From Nemertoderma westbladi (Eukaryota > Animalia > Xenacoelomorpha), in contig JAUCBJ010005109.1 of the NCBI GenBank assembly GCA_032718475.1, positions 1-42,581 on the forward strand: a DNA stretch of 42,581 nt, in the 5' to 3' direction. How positions within the stretch are numbered: position 1 is the first letter of the stretch; every line of letters begins with the position of its first letter. The notes below the pieces were generated by a model, which was given only the letters and a program-made list of their open reading frames with translations, ran no database searches and was not told the DNA's origin. Positions 1-13,574 of the stretch are shown here, piece after piece. Made by a program: the position numbers and the translations under genes.

Positions 1-1879
1 ATGCTGGGCTCTAACTGCTGAGGACACCAAATCTCTGGATGGCACATTCACAAGAATGCTACGCCGGGTTCATTGTGTCAAGTACAATGCACACATCTCC
101 AACCAGACACTATCTATATACTACTACTACTAGTAGCGGCATGCTGCATGCTGCACTGCATTGCTCTGAGTACGCTCCACTTTCTATATAAGACTTAGCT
201 GTAATATTTATAAAATTTATATCCATCCCCCTTTAACCTCTAAATAAAGTACAATAAATACAAAAAATATGGTGTTCATGTATAAATGCTTAAATACCAC
301 AAGTACAAATTATGTTAAACAAGATATAGTGCACTAATAAACAGTAAACTCACTGACTACAGTCTACACTGCCTGGCTGCAGCAATTATATCATATAATT
401 GAACTATTTCAGAGCTGCTGTTGTACCTTATCGTATGAACCTTTATATTTTAATTATCAACATAGATTACAAGCTGATGACTACCGTATAAGTCTATATG
501 ATAGTAATTATTATTATAAAAGAAAGTAGAGACGGTTGCAGTGCAGTTTACAGACAGACTGCTGACGACCAGGCGCGTCTGAGTATGAAATATGCGTTAC
601 ACTGTGGGTCATTAAATACACATATCTTTCATTAATATAAATCCTAAAAAATGTTTATCGAATACAATTTTACTGCTACAAAAGAATTGCTGCTGCATTA
701 GGGTCTTGCGATACCAGCAAATAATAACACAGCACCTTCTATCTGCCCACTGAGCTTAAAATCGCACTAAATTAGACACAAAAGTTGCACTAAATTAGTG
801 ATAAAAAGACATTCTGTAAATAATTTTGTGATAGAAAGTAAGAATATTGAGCGAATGCAGTACTTTCTTTTCGCGCACTGTAGTACAAATTTTAAAGAGA
901 GAAAGTGGATTTTCCAGTTAAAAATGTTTCAATTACATTGTAACTGAAATTGCGAATAATTTTGTATTATTAGAATAAATAATAATTCCATACCGATAAT
1001 TATTATTCATTTTAATTAGCGAAACTAACCGAAAATGCTGACGTACAGTCGAGGTTGAGGTAGTGTAAGTTGGAATCCCCATGGTAGGGTCCCGGGACCC
1101 CGGCTGGGACCTTACCCTCAATACGCTAGTGCTGACGACTAACTGGTGCCATTATGTCTCGGCAGTATCTTTTGGAAGCCATAATCACAGCACAGACATC
1201 AACTATTACAAAACCTATTTACATTTCCGACACTCGATAAATAGCAAACAACAAACAATCAGAACAAACGAATAATAATAAAATAATTAATAATAATAAA
1301 TTAATAATAATAAAAATAAAAATAAATGATCCTAATTAAGTGGCTTTCTAATAAACTATCACTCATAAAATATCGTTTATTTACATGTGTTTATACACAA
1401 CAATAAGTATTATAAGAATAAGAAATCCCCTCAAGTAACCTCTCCAGTAACTAACTGAGAGAAAGCCGCCCCAATATTAGATTATAACAACAACATTTCC
1501 AATGGGTTGGAACAACATTTCCATTGGGTCGGAACAACATTTCCAAGGAGGTGGAGGAGAGCCAGCCCGTCTTTTAATTTTTTAGCTTCTATTACACGAT
1601 CAATTTTCACTCGTCATGAACCCAACATGCATGAAACCTTTTCTTAAATTTGTTGGCGATGCGTTTGCGGCAGTTTGGGCGGGCATGTGGTACACTTTTC
1701 ACAATGAAACATTTTAGTTGTGAAATGTTACACCAATCAGAGATTTCTCATTTATATTTTATTATGGGAGGAAGAAAAACATACGTTATTTAATGTACCG
1801 GTATGTAACGAAATAATTGTTTCGGGGTTTAACTGGTTTAACTTGTAATCCTCCCAAAATAGTTGATATATAATTATAT

Positions 1880-2115
1880 TTAAAATTATTTCCACTACTA
1901 CATCGCACAATTTTGATCTTCATGATTTCTTTATTCGCTGTGATTGTATTCACTCCCATTTTAATGATTGTAGTTGTAATACCACCAAGTTTGTCGGCTG
2001 TGGTTGTATCTGCCAAGGTAAGGGATGCTCTTGTGTTCTTCAACATTAATGTTGCTACTGATTTCCCATTGTCATCACAGACTCTTATGGTTACTACTCC
2101 AAGTAGTACAGTCAA
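1880..2115 (-). pseudogene. Decayed BEL/Pao-type LTR-retrotransposon aspartic protease-like fragment
   Basis: VLLGVVTIRVCDDNGKSVATLMLKNTRASLTLADTTTADKLG resembles the Pao protease pattern LLxVVPVxV..GKSVxxxALLD(S/T)G(A/S)xxTL...AxKLG, with the catalytic DTG eroded to NTR. No LTRs recognised. Confidence 0.4.
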
Positions 2116-3677
2116 AAGTAAAGTAAAGTAAATTTTCTTCGGCCACTAGGCCAGGGATTACGCACAAAGTCTGACAGTTACCAAGAAGGTACTTACACCA
2201 AACCACAATATGGCCTCAATATGGCAACGATATACACTAGCAATGCAAATACCATAGACCATTATGATTATGAATAGGAATAGAATTCAATTAACTTTTA
2301 AGTCTTGTTTATAAAGCTAAGTCTCTTGGAGGAAGACTACATGTATATGAAGACTATATGGACTATATATGTATACAATATAATCTATCTATCTATTTAC
2401 TACATTTTATTTATATATACTACATATTTGTTAACACCAATACAAAGTCATTTGTTCTGTTCTGTTAGTAGTTTTCGTCCTGTGGCGAGAAGACGAAATC
2501 GTACTTATTTGATTCCCGAGTGTATTTCTAGTTGAATATCGACCTCCCGGCTCTGAGTTCGGCCAGGGAACATTCTGTCGGATAAAACGGTCGGGGGATA
2601 TGGGTGGACCCCAGAGGAAGTGTCGTGAATAAGAACGATTTTGTGACTTGCAATGTATATTGCATTTCTGATATCTACTAGTCTTCCTATGTATCTCACC
2701 AATAATACACCAATAAAGTCATCGCAACTATGTTGCGGACACAACGTACAAACCAATAACTCCTGTGGTATGTCTAACTTCAAATGCACCGATAAAGCAA
2801 GTGGTGATATTTAATGTAGATCTACATTCAAGTATGAGGTCTGCACCAAAATATTGACATATTAAATACACTACAACATCAATAACATCAACATCAGGTT
2901 AATCTACTGTTAGCACATTAGTAATCTCTATACTAAATCAAGGGAATCACCCAGCTGTAAAGGTTTATCGTCCTCTTTTACTGTCCAGCATAACTTTCAC
3001 CTACTAATTATTTCACATAAGTGGGCCCTTAGTTAGTCAATATGCAGTATTTGGCCAGACTCAACATACTATAATGTTTGCTCATTCCTCATCGATGTAA
3101 CTCAAAGGCACACTTTTTCACACATGACACCATATCTCACTCTGTAGTGTAATAATATCTCATCATCATCTGCTCAACACACTGATTATCGCTTGTACAT
3201 GTTTATTGTTTATACTATATTGACACACCTTCCTTCATATTTAATCACTCACGCCATACATTTTAGACTTCTTAATGTACTTTTTTGCCTTAAAGTAATG
3301 CACTCCTTTCTGCTATTAGGTGATTATATATTGGTCACAGAAGACAGCAGTAATAATCTCATGCATTTCCAATCAGGGGACAGCTAATGCAACGGTATAT
3401 GAATATTGTATATTGAACTATTACCTACCTGTGTGACCTGTGTGATATATTTTTGATCTACAAAAATGAAAAATGACAATCACATATGTTCAGATGTAGT
3501 AGTCATAATACCGACTCTTGTACATTGTTTCAATCACCATAAATTATATTGTGAGCTGCAGCTTGGACTGCAACAGACCAGCTAACAGACTCCAATACAG
3601 TTAGTCTTAAAATAGCCACTGTGTCAGAGAGGAAACTCCTAATTACATTTTATAAATTCCATTATTGTTGTTTTTAG

Positions 3678-3860
3678 TACCCGATCACTGACTGCTATAG
3701 ATGGAAGTGATTCCTCCATAACCTTATATACTGATGAAGACTTTGATGGCAGTAACGAAGTAATTACATTGCATGGTAGCATAGCACACTTTGATTGGCC
3801 AGATAGATATAATCTGTTTTCATCATTGATTGTGTCCTCTGGAACTTGGAGACTTTACGA
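3678..3860 (+). CDS. Internal exon of a host beta/gamma-crystallin (Greek-key) domain protein
   Basis: Acceptor ttgttgtttttag ends at 3677 and donor gtaagt starts at 3861. The exon is 183 bp, phase 2-2, with an open frame: TRSLTAIDGSDSSITLYTDEDFDGSNEVITLHGSIAHFDWPDRYNLFSSLIVSSGTWRLY(E/D). This matches the crystallin motifs ITLYxxxxFxG and SSxxVxSGxWxLY. An alternative acceptor at 3700 is possible. It is absent from the ORF track. Confidence 0.75.
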
Positions 3861-4954
3861 GTAAGTTAACTCATATATTTTTGTGCTCCTGCATTACTAC
3901 ATGACATAGCTAATATTTTATACTTGACAATGAATACTCAAGCCAACATATCGAACCATTTTGATATAATATACTTTTTAATGTCATAATATTATACTAA
4001 TACTTATACTTAATAGTTAAATCAGCAGTTCAGATACTCTTGCCAGATTGCGAAACTGATTTATTGTCAATGTACGGGATTATTATTCATAATTATGTAT
4101 TTGATTATGGGATGAGAACATCCACAACTGGAAAGTTCACAACATGAGTTCACACTAGAAGAGTAGATACTCTCTCATATACATACATAATGAGGGAGGA
4201 GTAATGTATATTTTGCTTTCTGTAATAATATACTTGGTCTGACTAAGTAAGGTTGACCAATGGCTAATTGACAATCAGCTATCTCACAATCTCAAGAAAA
4301 CCGAATATCGAATTTTTACAAATAAAAAAAGAATCCACAACTAATACCGAGAAAATCAGAAACACAGACGTCCATCTAGTAACACATACAACACGTTGTG
4401 GGGTCTTCGAGCAGCACGTGTTCAAATGTTCAATGACTGAGCAGCGACTAATTAACAAATTTATGAGAGATTCATTGACCAGCTACCGACAGACCAATAT
4501 TGTGACATATATTTTAGTTTAATGTTTGATTCAATTAGAGGCACAAATTAAAAAGGCTACAAATATATAGGGGTGAATAATTAAATTAGTCACCCATTTA
4601 GGCCTAAAAGGTAGCCAAATATAAGTTGCAATCTATAAAAATTTTTGAATTCAGTGGTGTGGGTGTGGGTGTGTTGTTTATTGATTCCGTAGATTTCATG
4701 TTGAAATAGCGTTCATTAATTTAATTTCTATTTAATGATTCATGCATACTAATACACACATTAAATTAGTTCGCGTGTGTTAAGTGTGTAAGATTTGATT
4801 GTTTCGTCACGAAACCATTAGGGCACAGAAACTGACGGATTCTTCGCGAATTTCGCAAACGTCGCAAACTTCGGGAATTTGTTCTACAATTTTGACTCCT
4901 TAAGCAAAAGGGTCCCGAATGAGTTTTTTAACCTTTATTTTTTGTGATTTTGAG

Positions 4955-5210
4955 TGCTTTTTTTATACTAGTGAATATTCTAGAACCTTAGTAGATTTTT
5001 AATGGTATATAGCTAGTATTTTTTACTAGCTAGTAATTTTTGGAAATTATTTTGGTCATTAATATATTCTTCAACAGTTTAACCTGAAATATCATGGACT
5101 TTCACATTTTTTATAATTTCAAAAAATACTAGCAAGCAAAAAAACACTAGCTATCATAAAAAACATATCTACTAATGTTGTAGAACTTTCACCAATACCA
5201 AAAAAATTAA
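4955..5210. mobile_element. Old foldback/MITE-like element (diverged inverted repeat)
   Basis: About 4955-5050 (atactagtgaatattctagaaccttagtagat..tagctagt..ggaaattat) is the diverged reverse complement of about 5113-5210. Confidence 0.55.
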
Positions 5211-5278
5211 AAAACTCTAAAAAAGGATTGGTGAAAAATGGCTGGGGTGTCGACAGGGCGAAGTAGGGACCGTGTTGC

Positions 5279-5350
5279 TTAACCCCTTAGAGCCTATGAC
5301 GTCCACTGCACGTCACAATGGACAGCACGAAGACGTGCAGTGGACGTCAT
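5279..5350 (+). mobile_element. piggyBac-like terminus with perfect subterminal hairpin
   Basis: TTAA|CCCC at 5279 is followed by a perfect 19-bp inverted repeat ATGACGTCCACTGCACGTC (5296-5314 / 5332-5350). No matching right end found. Confidence 0.4.
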
Positions 5351-5540
5351 GCTGGAATACATGTTTTATTAGAAGGCTCTTGGAGAAGGTATACTGGTGG
5401 ATAGTATTAATGACATTTATTGCTCTTCGTGGCAAAAAATCCATTCTGTACTGTAGATAGGCTGTATTGTAGACTGTATTATTAGTGTTAGGTATATGGC
5501 GTAATGCCAACCACAGTACAGTAGTACAGACTGGCAGTAA

Positions 5541-6066
5541 GACCGACAGACAGACAGACTAGATTTATGTAAACGTGTAAACTGACATCAAAAATGAAAT
5601 CAGCAACCCTTAAAACCACCATAGCGAGAATGTTGGTTAGTTAGTATACTTTCTTAAGTTTTCACAGACTGACTGACAGAAAGACCGACAGCCACACAGA
5701 CTAGATTTTTTTAAACGTGAAAACTGACATCTGAAATAAAATTAGCACCCATTAAAACCCCCATAACGAGAATGTTAGTTAGTTTGTATTATTTTTTAAG
5801 TTTTGACAGACTGACTGACTGACAGAAAGACCGACATACAGACAGACTATATTTATGTAAACCTGAAAACTGACATCAGAAATGAAATCAGCACCCCTTA
5901 AAACCCCAATAGCGAGAATGTTAGTTAATTTGAATTCTCTTTTATGTTTTGACAGACTGACTGACAGAAAGACCGACAGACAGACAGACTAGATTTATGT
6001 AAACGTGAAAACTGACATCAGAAATGTAATCAGCACTCCTTAAAACCCCCATAGTGAGAATGTTAG
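5541..6066. repeat. About 143-bp tandem repeat (about 3.7 units) with GACA/GACT microsatellite, DINE/Helentron-like core
   Basis: gaccgaca unit starts at 5541, 5683, 5829 and 5971. Units share tagatttatgtaaacgtgaaaactgacatc..aatcagcaccc..aaaacccc. Confidence 0.85.
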
Positions 6067-7077
6067 CGACAAGTTTTAATTATTAACCATATTTCGTAAG
6101 ATATATTTTAAAACATTTATTTATTAATAATGCAATAACTGAATAACCAGATAACGGAACGACAAACCGAATTGAAACTTTTAATTACTAATAATAATTG
6201 TGGTGAGAGGTGATGGAAATCAAGGATATATGTTGTTATGTTATGGAGCACGCGTTGGTAGGCACAGGCAATGAATTGATGTATGTTGAGATGTATTGAA
6301 GGAGCACTATTCCTTCATTAGTAATAATATTAATGTCATTGAATAACTGATACCTAAACACACACCCCCCCCCCCCCCCCCCCCCCGTCAGCCAGTTCTA
6401 TGGAGAGTGAGTGAATGTTTAGGGAATTAATGCTATCCTACCATCCCCAACCAGCAGCAGTCTGCCTCTAACAGGCCAGGACATTCTCAGCGTTGCTAAG
6501 ACACGGGAAGGAATTACTCCGTATTGACTGTCATTAGGCGGTTAGAGCCTGCGTGTGAATTAATTGATAAAAATGCAATTTTAATTGTAAATCAATAAAT
6601 AACTATAAAACTTGACATTAATCTCGAGTATAAAGTAAAGACTTTGATAGAATGGGACACGGCGAATCTACCCATGTTAATTTTATACCAGATGGGATAA
6701 ATGTTACCCCCCTAAATAATTAATTACCGATAGAAGAATCGAAATAATTCGATTCAACCATACAATTTAACTGAAGATATTAACTTCGATTATGGCTTCC
6801 GACATTTATGGCTACCGACACACACACACACACGTCACACACAGACTTTTGAGAAACGGCCATAGTATAATTATATCAGTTCGCTGATGGCTCGCCATAC
6901 GTGTCTCGCCCCACATAAGATAAGACACAAGGAGTCTTAAACAATTACCCATTTATATTCTCCTCATGTGTCAGTCTATAACGTCATCATATCAGTACCG
7001 GTATATAACGTCACAACAAGTAAGCCATTTAGTGAGATAAACATATTGAGAGAAACCTGAGTACCTAAGTCGGTCAC

Positions 7078-8840
7078 TATGTCGGCACCTATGTCGGCAC
7101 CTCTGTCGGCACCTGCGTCGGCACCTCTGTCGGCATCTGTGTCGGCACCTGTGTCGGCACCTGTGTCGGCACCTGTGTCGGCACCTGTGTCGGCACCTCT
7201 GTCGGCACCTGTGTCGGCACCTGTGTCGGCACCTCTGTCGGCACCTGTGTCGGCACCTGTGTCGGCACCTCTGTCGGCACCTGTGTCGGCACCTCGGTCG
7301 GCACCTCTGTCGGCACCTGTGTCGGCACCTCTGTCGGCACCTGTGTCGGCACCTCTGTCGGCACCTGTGTCGGCACCTCTGTCGGCACCTGTGTCGCCAC
7401 CTGTGTCGGCACCTCTGTCGGCACCTGTGTCGGCACCTGTGTCGGCACCTGTGTCGGCACCTGTGTCGGCACTTGTGTCGGCACCTGTGTCGGCACTTGT
7501 GTCGGCACCTGTGTCGGCACCTGTGTCGGCACCTGTGTCGGCACCTGTGTCGGCACCTGTGTCGGCACCTCTGTCGGCACCTATGTCGGCACCTCTGTCG
7601 GCACCTGTGTCGGCACCTCTGTCGGCACCTGTGTCGGCACCTCTGTCGGCACCTGTGTCGGCACCTGTGTCCGCACCTGTGTCGGCACCTGTGTCGGCAC
7701 CTGTGTCGGCACCTCTGTCGGCACCTGTGTCGGCACCTCTGTCGGCACCTGTGTCGGCACCTCAGTCGGCACCTGTGTCGACACCTCGGTCGGCACCTCT
7801 GTCGGCACCTGTGTCGGCACCTCTGTCGGCACCTGTGTCGGCACCTCTGTCGGCACCTGTGTCGCCACCTGTGTCGGCACCTGTGTCGGCACCTGTGTCG
7901 GCACCTGTGTCGGCACCTGTGTCGGCACTTGTGTCGGCACCTGTGTCGGCACTTGTGTCGGCACCTGTGTCGGCACCTGTGTCGGCACCTGTGTCGGCAC
8001 CTGTGTCGGCACCTGTGTCGGCACCTGTGTCGGCACCTGTGTCGGCACCTGTGTCGGCACCTGTGTCGGCACCTGTGTCGGCACCTGTGTCGGCACCTGT
8101 GTCGGCACCTGTGTCGGCACCTGTGTCGGCACCTGTGTCGGCACCTATGTCGGCACCTGTGTCTGCACCTGTGTCGGCACCTGTGTCGGCACCTCTGTCG
8201 GCACCTGTGTCGGCACCTGTGTCGGCACTTGTGTCGGCACCTGTGTCGGCACTTGTGTCGGCACCTGTGTCGGCACTTGTGTCGGCACCTGTGTCGGCAC
8301 TTGTGTCGGCACCTGTGTCGGCACCTGTGTCGGCACCTGTGTCGGCACCTGTGTCGGCACCTCTGTCGGCACCTATGTCGGCACCTCTGTCGGCACCTGT
8401 GTCGGCACCTCTGTCGGCACCTGTGTCGGCACCTCTGTCGGCACCTGTGTCGGCACCTGTGTCGGCACCTGTGTCGGCACCTGTGTCGGCACCTGTGTCG
8501 GCACCTGTGTCGGCACCTGTGTCGGCACCTGTGTCGGCACCTATGTCGGCACCTGTGTCTGCACCTGTGTCGGCACCTGTGTCGGCACCTCTGTCGGCAC
8601 CTATGTCGGCACCTGTGTCGCCACCTGTGTCGGCACCTGTGTCGGCACCTGTGTCGGCACCTGTGTCGGCACCTGTGTCGGCACCTGTGTCGGCACCTGT
8701 GTCGGCACCTGCGTCGGCACCTGTGTCGGCACCTGTGTCGGCACCTGTGTCGGCACCTATGTCGGCACCTGTGTCTGCACCTGTGTCGGCACCTGTGTCG
8801 GCACCTCTGTCGGCACCTATGTCGGCACCTCTGTCTGCAC
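7078..8840. repeat. 12-bp GC-rich minisatellite (GTGTCGGCACCT)n, about 147 units
   Basis: Directly visible. Variants include ctgt/atgt first bases, actt, tcgcc and tctgc. It generates the SAPV, RHLC and VPTQ ORFs. Confidence 0.98.
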
Positions 8841-8855
8841 AGCGTCTACGCCCGT

Positions 8856-11800
8856 ATTTATGTTATTATATCTGTCATTTACCTGAGATAGCAATACAAC
8901 ACTTATAGTAGAGTCAATACAGGAAGGATGTTGGGATGTTGGCTGTCTGAATGAATGCTGTCTGGGCTGGAATAGCAATACTGGTTGCCTATTACTATTC
9001 CTCTCTGGTTAGTCTACAGCCACAACTCCCACCCAGCTAGCTCCACACCAGCAGAGACTTGACCAATAATCATTCCCAGCAACTAGCTGCTTTACACACA
9101 CATCCTTCCATCGTACCAGCATGTTGGCCAATAAATGAGCAGTATTTAATGAGAATCAATTTTTTTTGCCGTTTTAATTACTTTAGATCAATTAAAGACA
9201 CAATTATTAAAGCAAATCACTTGAACTAATTAAAAACTATAATATAATGGGGTATGGGGATTACAGCTGTATAACTTTTAATTATAATTATTTAAATCTT
9301 ATACTGTAAAACAATTAATTTCCTTTAAAAGGCAGGTTGAAAATGGTGTTTTTACCGTAATAACTTAATTAACTAATTAACTGCTATTATCTTAGCTTCT
9401 CGAAGGCCACACGGAAATTCTACTTGGAAAATTTCTAAACTTTTGCCAAACAACATGTGTACCAAGTTTGGATAGATTTCATCAAAGATTGGCCGAGTTA
9501 TTAACGTTTAAAATTGAACGCGACAGAACGACAGAACGACAGGTTGATTAATGGTACCACTACGCTAAGGCTCACTCACTTCGTGGCTCGCCACACATTT
9601 ATAGTGAATTTAAAGAATGCTGTCTGGGCTGGAATAGCAATACTGGTTGTCTATTACTATTCCTCTCTGGTTAGTCTTAGCAACAACTCCCAGCCAGCAG
9701 CAGAGACTTGACCAATAATCATTCCCAGCAACTGGGAATGACACACACATCCCATCTATGTACCAGCATGTTGGCCAATAAATGAGCAGTATTTAATGAG
9801 AATAAATTTTTTTTGCCGTTTTAATTACTTTAGATCAATTAAAGACACAATTATTAAAGCAAATCACTTGAACTAATTAAAAACTATAATAGAATGGCGT
9901 ATGGGGATTACATCTGTATAATTTTTAATTATAATTATTTAAATCTTATACTGTAAAACAATTAATTTCCTTTAAAAGGCAGGTTGAAAATGGTGTTTTT
10001 ACCGTAATAACTTAATTAACTAATTAACTGCTATTATCTTAGCTTCTCGAAGGCCACACTGAAATTATACTTGGAAAATTTCTAAACTTTTGCCAAACAA
10101 CATGTGTACCAAGTTTGGATAGATTTCATCAAAGATTGGCCGAGTTATTAACGTTTAAAATTGAACGCGACAGAACGACAGAACGACACGTTCGTGGGGC
10201 CTTCGCGCAGCACGAGGCCCAGTTATGAGATACAAATTAAAATTGAGCGACTGTATCACAAAATCAGGTTTTGAGAAATTTACCCACACCACCAATCAAT
10301 CAAAGAAAGGGGGACAGTACGTGTTCACCCCTTTTAATCCCCCCCCCCCCCCCCCCCAACCCTTCCCAACCACCAATACATAACCGCGACATCTACCACC
10401 CACGGAAGGGTAGCACGAACTTATTTCCAATCGCACGTTCAATATGCAAAGCCAGGTGGTTTATAGGAATATAATAAACGCAGTACTCGTATTCATTATA
10501 AGCCTCGTTGCGTTCGTCCTGTTTTGTATTTAAATATATTTCTTAAACGCAGGCTAGGACGTTCTTTATAATAATAATAACTAGGGATGCGATCAATATG
10601 TGAAGCCAGGTGGTTTATATAATAATTTAGTCAACGCAGTACTCGTCTTCATTATATGCCTCGTTGCGCTCGTCGCTTGTCCTGTTTTGTTATAAAATAT
10701 TTTTCCTAAACGCAGACTGACGTTCTTTATACAGTTATAACTATGCGAAGTTTCGAAACTGTGCGAGTAACTGTTGATACATCTATGTGGATATGTGTGA
10801 TATGTGGAGATGTGTGATACAACGCCAACGCATCTTATGCCGATGTAGTAATATGGGTATTGAAATAATATTAAATTAATGTACACTCTTAAAGCTGCAG
10901 CGAAAAAATGTAGCTAATTTCCTAGGTTACATATAAAATAATAATATTATTTTTAAGAACATTAATTTTACTACTTTGCAAAAATTCAATTAAAAAATAA
11001 CCAGACATATACATTGTGGAATAAACTATTTCAGAAGCCTACACAACAGCCATGCCATGGATAGTATTTATGTTATGATATCTGTCATTCACCTGAGATA
11101 GCAATACAACATTTATAGTGAATTTAAAGAATGCTGTCTGGGCTGGAATAGCAATACTGGTTGTCTATTACTATTCCTCTCTGGTTAGTCTTAGCAACAA
11201 CTCCCAGCCAGCAGCAGAGACTTGACCAATAATCATTCCCAGCAACTGGGAATGACACACACATCCCATCTATGTACCAGCATGTTGGCCAATAAATGAG
11301 CAGTATTTAATGAGAATAAATTTTTTTTGCCGTTTTAATTACTTTAGATCAATTAAAGACACAATTATTAAAGCAAATCACTTGAACTAATTAAAAACTA
11401 TAATAGAATGGCGTATGGGGATTACATCTGTATAATTTTTAATTATAATTATTTAAATCTTATACTGTAAAACAATTAATTTCCTTTAAAAGGCAGGTTG
11501 AAAATGGTGTTTTTACCGTAATAACTTAATTAACTAATTAACTGCTATTATCTTAGCTTCTCGAAGGCCACACTGAAATTCTACTTGGAAAATTTCTAAA
11601 CTTTTGCCAAACAACATGTGTACCAAGTTTGGATAGATTTCATCAAAGATTGGCCGAGTTATTAACGTTTAAAATTGAACGCGACAGAACGACAGAACGA
11701 CAGGTTGATTAATGGTACCACTACGCTAAGGCTCACTCACTTCGTGGCTCGCCCCACAGAACGACACGTTCGTGGGGCCTTCGCGCAGCACGAGGCCCAG

Positions 11801-13392
11801 TTATTAGATACAAATTAAAATTGAGCGACTGTATCACAAAATCAGGTTTTGAGAAATTTACCCACACCACCAATCAATCAAAGAAAGGGGGACAGTACGT
11901 GTTCACCCCTTTTAATCCCCCCCCCCCCAACCTTCCCAACCACCAATACATAACCGGGACATCTACCACCCACGGAAGGGTAGCACGAACTTATTTCCAA
12001 TCGCACGTTAAATATGCAAAGCCAGGTGGTTTATAGGAATATAATAAACGCAGTACTCGTTTTCATTATAAGCCTCTTTGCGTTCGTCCTGTTTTGTATT
12101 TAAATATATTTCTTAAACGCAGGCTGACGATATTTATAATAATAATAACTAGGGATGCGATCAATATGTGAAGCCAGGTGGTTTATATAATAATTTAGTC
12201 AACGAGGTACTCGTCTTCATTATATGCCTCGTTGCGCTCGTCGCTTGTCCTGTTTTGTCATAAAATATTTTTCCTAAACGCAGACTGACGATCTTTATAC
12301 AGTTATAACTATGCGAAGTTTCGAAACTGTGCGATACATCTATGTGGAGATGTGTGATATGTGGAGATGTGTGATACAACGCCAACGCATCTTATGCCGA
12401 TGTAGTAATATGGGTATTGAAATAATATTAAATCAATGTACACTCTTAAAGCTGCAGCGAAAAAATATAGCTAATTTCCTAGGTTACATATAAAATAATA
12501 ATATTATTTTTAAGAACATTAATTTTACTACTTTGCAAAAATTCAATTAAAAAATAACCAGACATATACATTGTGGAATAAACTATTTCAGATAAGCCTA
12601 CACAACAGCCATGCCATGGATGGTTTATGTTATTATATCTGTCATTTACCTGAGATCAACACTTATAGTAGAGTCAATACAGGAAGGATGTTGGAATGCT
12701 GCCTGGGCTGGAATAGCAATACTGGTTGCCTATTACAATTTCTCTCTGGTTAGTCTACAGCCACAACTCCAAGCTAGCTCCACACCAGCAGAGACTTGAC
12801 CAATAATCATTCCCAGCAACTAGCTGCCTTAACACACATCCTTCCATCTATGTACCAGCATGTTAGCCAATAAATGAGCAGTATTTAATGAGAATCAATT
12901 TTTTATAACGTTTTAATTACTTTAGATCAATTAAAGACACAATTAATAAAGCAAATCACTTGAACTAATTAAAAACTATAATAGAATGGCGTATGTGGAT
13001 TACATCTGTATAATTTTTAAGTATAATTATTTAAATCTTATACTGTAAAACAATTAATTTCCTTTAACAGGCAGGTTGAAAATGGTGTTTTTACCGTAAT
13101 CAACTTAATTAACTAGTTAACTGCTATTATCTTAGCTTCTCGAAGGCCACACGGAAATTCTACTTGGAAAATTTCTAAACTTTTGCCAAACAACATGTGT
13201 ACCAAGTTTGGATAGATTTCATCAAAGATTGGCTGAGTTATTAACGTTTAAAATTGGACGCGACAGAACGACAGGTTGATTAATGGTACCACTACGCTAA
13301 GGCTCACTCACTTCGTGGCTCGCCCCACAGAACGACAGGTTGATTAATGGTACCACTACGCTAAGGCTCACTCACTTCGTGGCTCGCCCCAC
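8856..13392. repeat. Nested tandem duplication array (units of about 0.65-2.2 kb)
   Basis: The block tttatgttattatatctgtcatttacctgagat recurs at about 8858, 11067 and 12624. The segment at about 10190-11060 recurs at about 11760-12620. Confidence 0.92.
9158..9592 (+). mobile_element. Non-autonomous DINE/Helentron-like element (further copies at about 9806-10188, 11320-11757 and 12899-13392)
   Basis: Starts in a T-run, carries the atgtgtaccaagtttgg core and short acagaacgacag repeats, and ends in GC-rich ggctcactcacttcgtggctcgcc. A similar ending (ctcgcccca) lies at about 6905. The family call rests on architecture only. Confidence 0.5.
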
Positions 13393-13574
13393 AGATGCAG
13401 AGGCATTCTCGGGGAACAATATCATGCGTTCAACAGATAGGTTTAATTTAATATAGTTTAATTTTATTAACAAGATTAATGCAATATATTACTGTAATTT
13501 AATAATAATATAATATAAGATTAATTAAGTGAAACTGCAGTGCAGTTTATCTGTGTATACGCAGTTTCATTGTA

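Noticed and set aside
2505-2789. BEL/Pao gag zinc knuckle (CTLCPQHSCDDF)
   Set aside because: Cys/His spacing is off and the rest of the ORF gives no support.
3320-3394. Upstream exon of the crystallin gene
   Set aside because: It has AG/GT-bounded open frames, but the phase is incompatible with the 3678 exon and there is no crystallin motif.
3731-3765. Hammerhead ribozyme at CTGATGA
   Set aside because: No GAAA and no proper stems. The motif is explained by the codons of the crystallin exon.
7079-8908. Long ORFs (609, 472, 163, 187 and 75 aa) as protein genes
   Set aside because: They are by-products of a 12-bp stop-poor tandem repeat that is open in several frames on both strands, with no domain or splice support.
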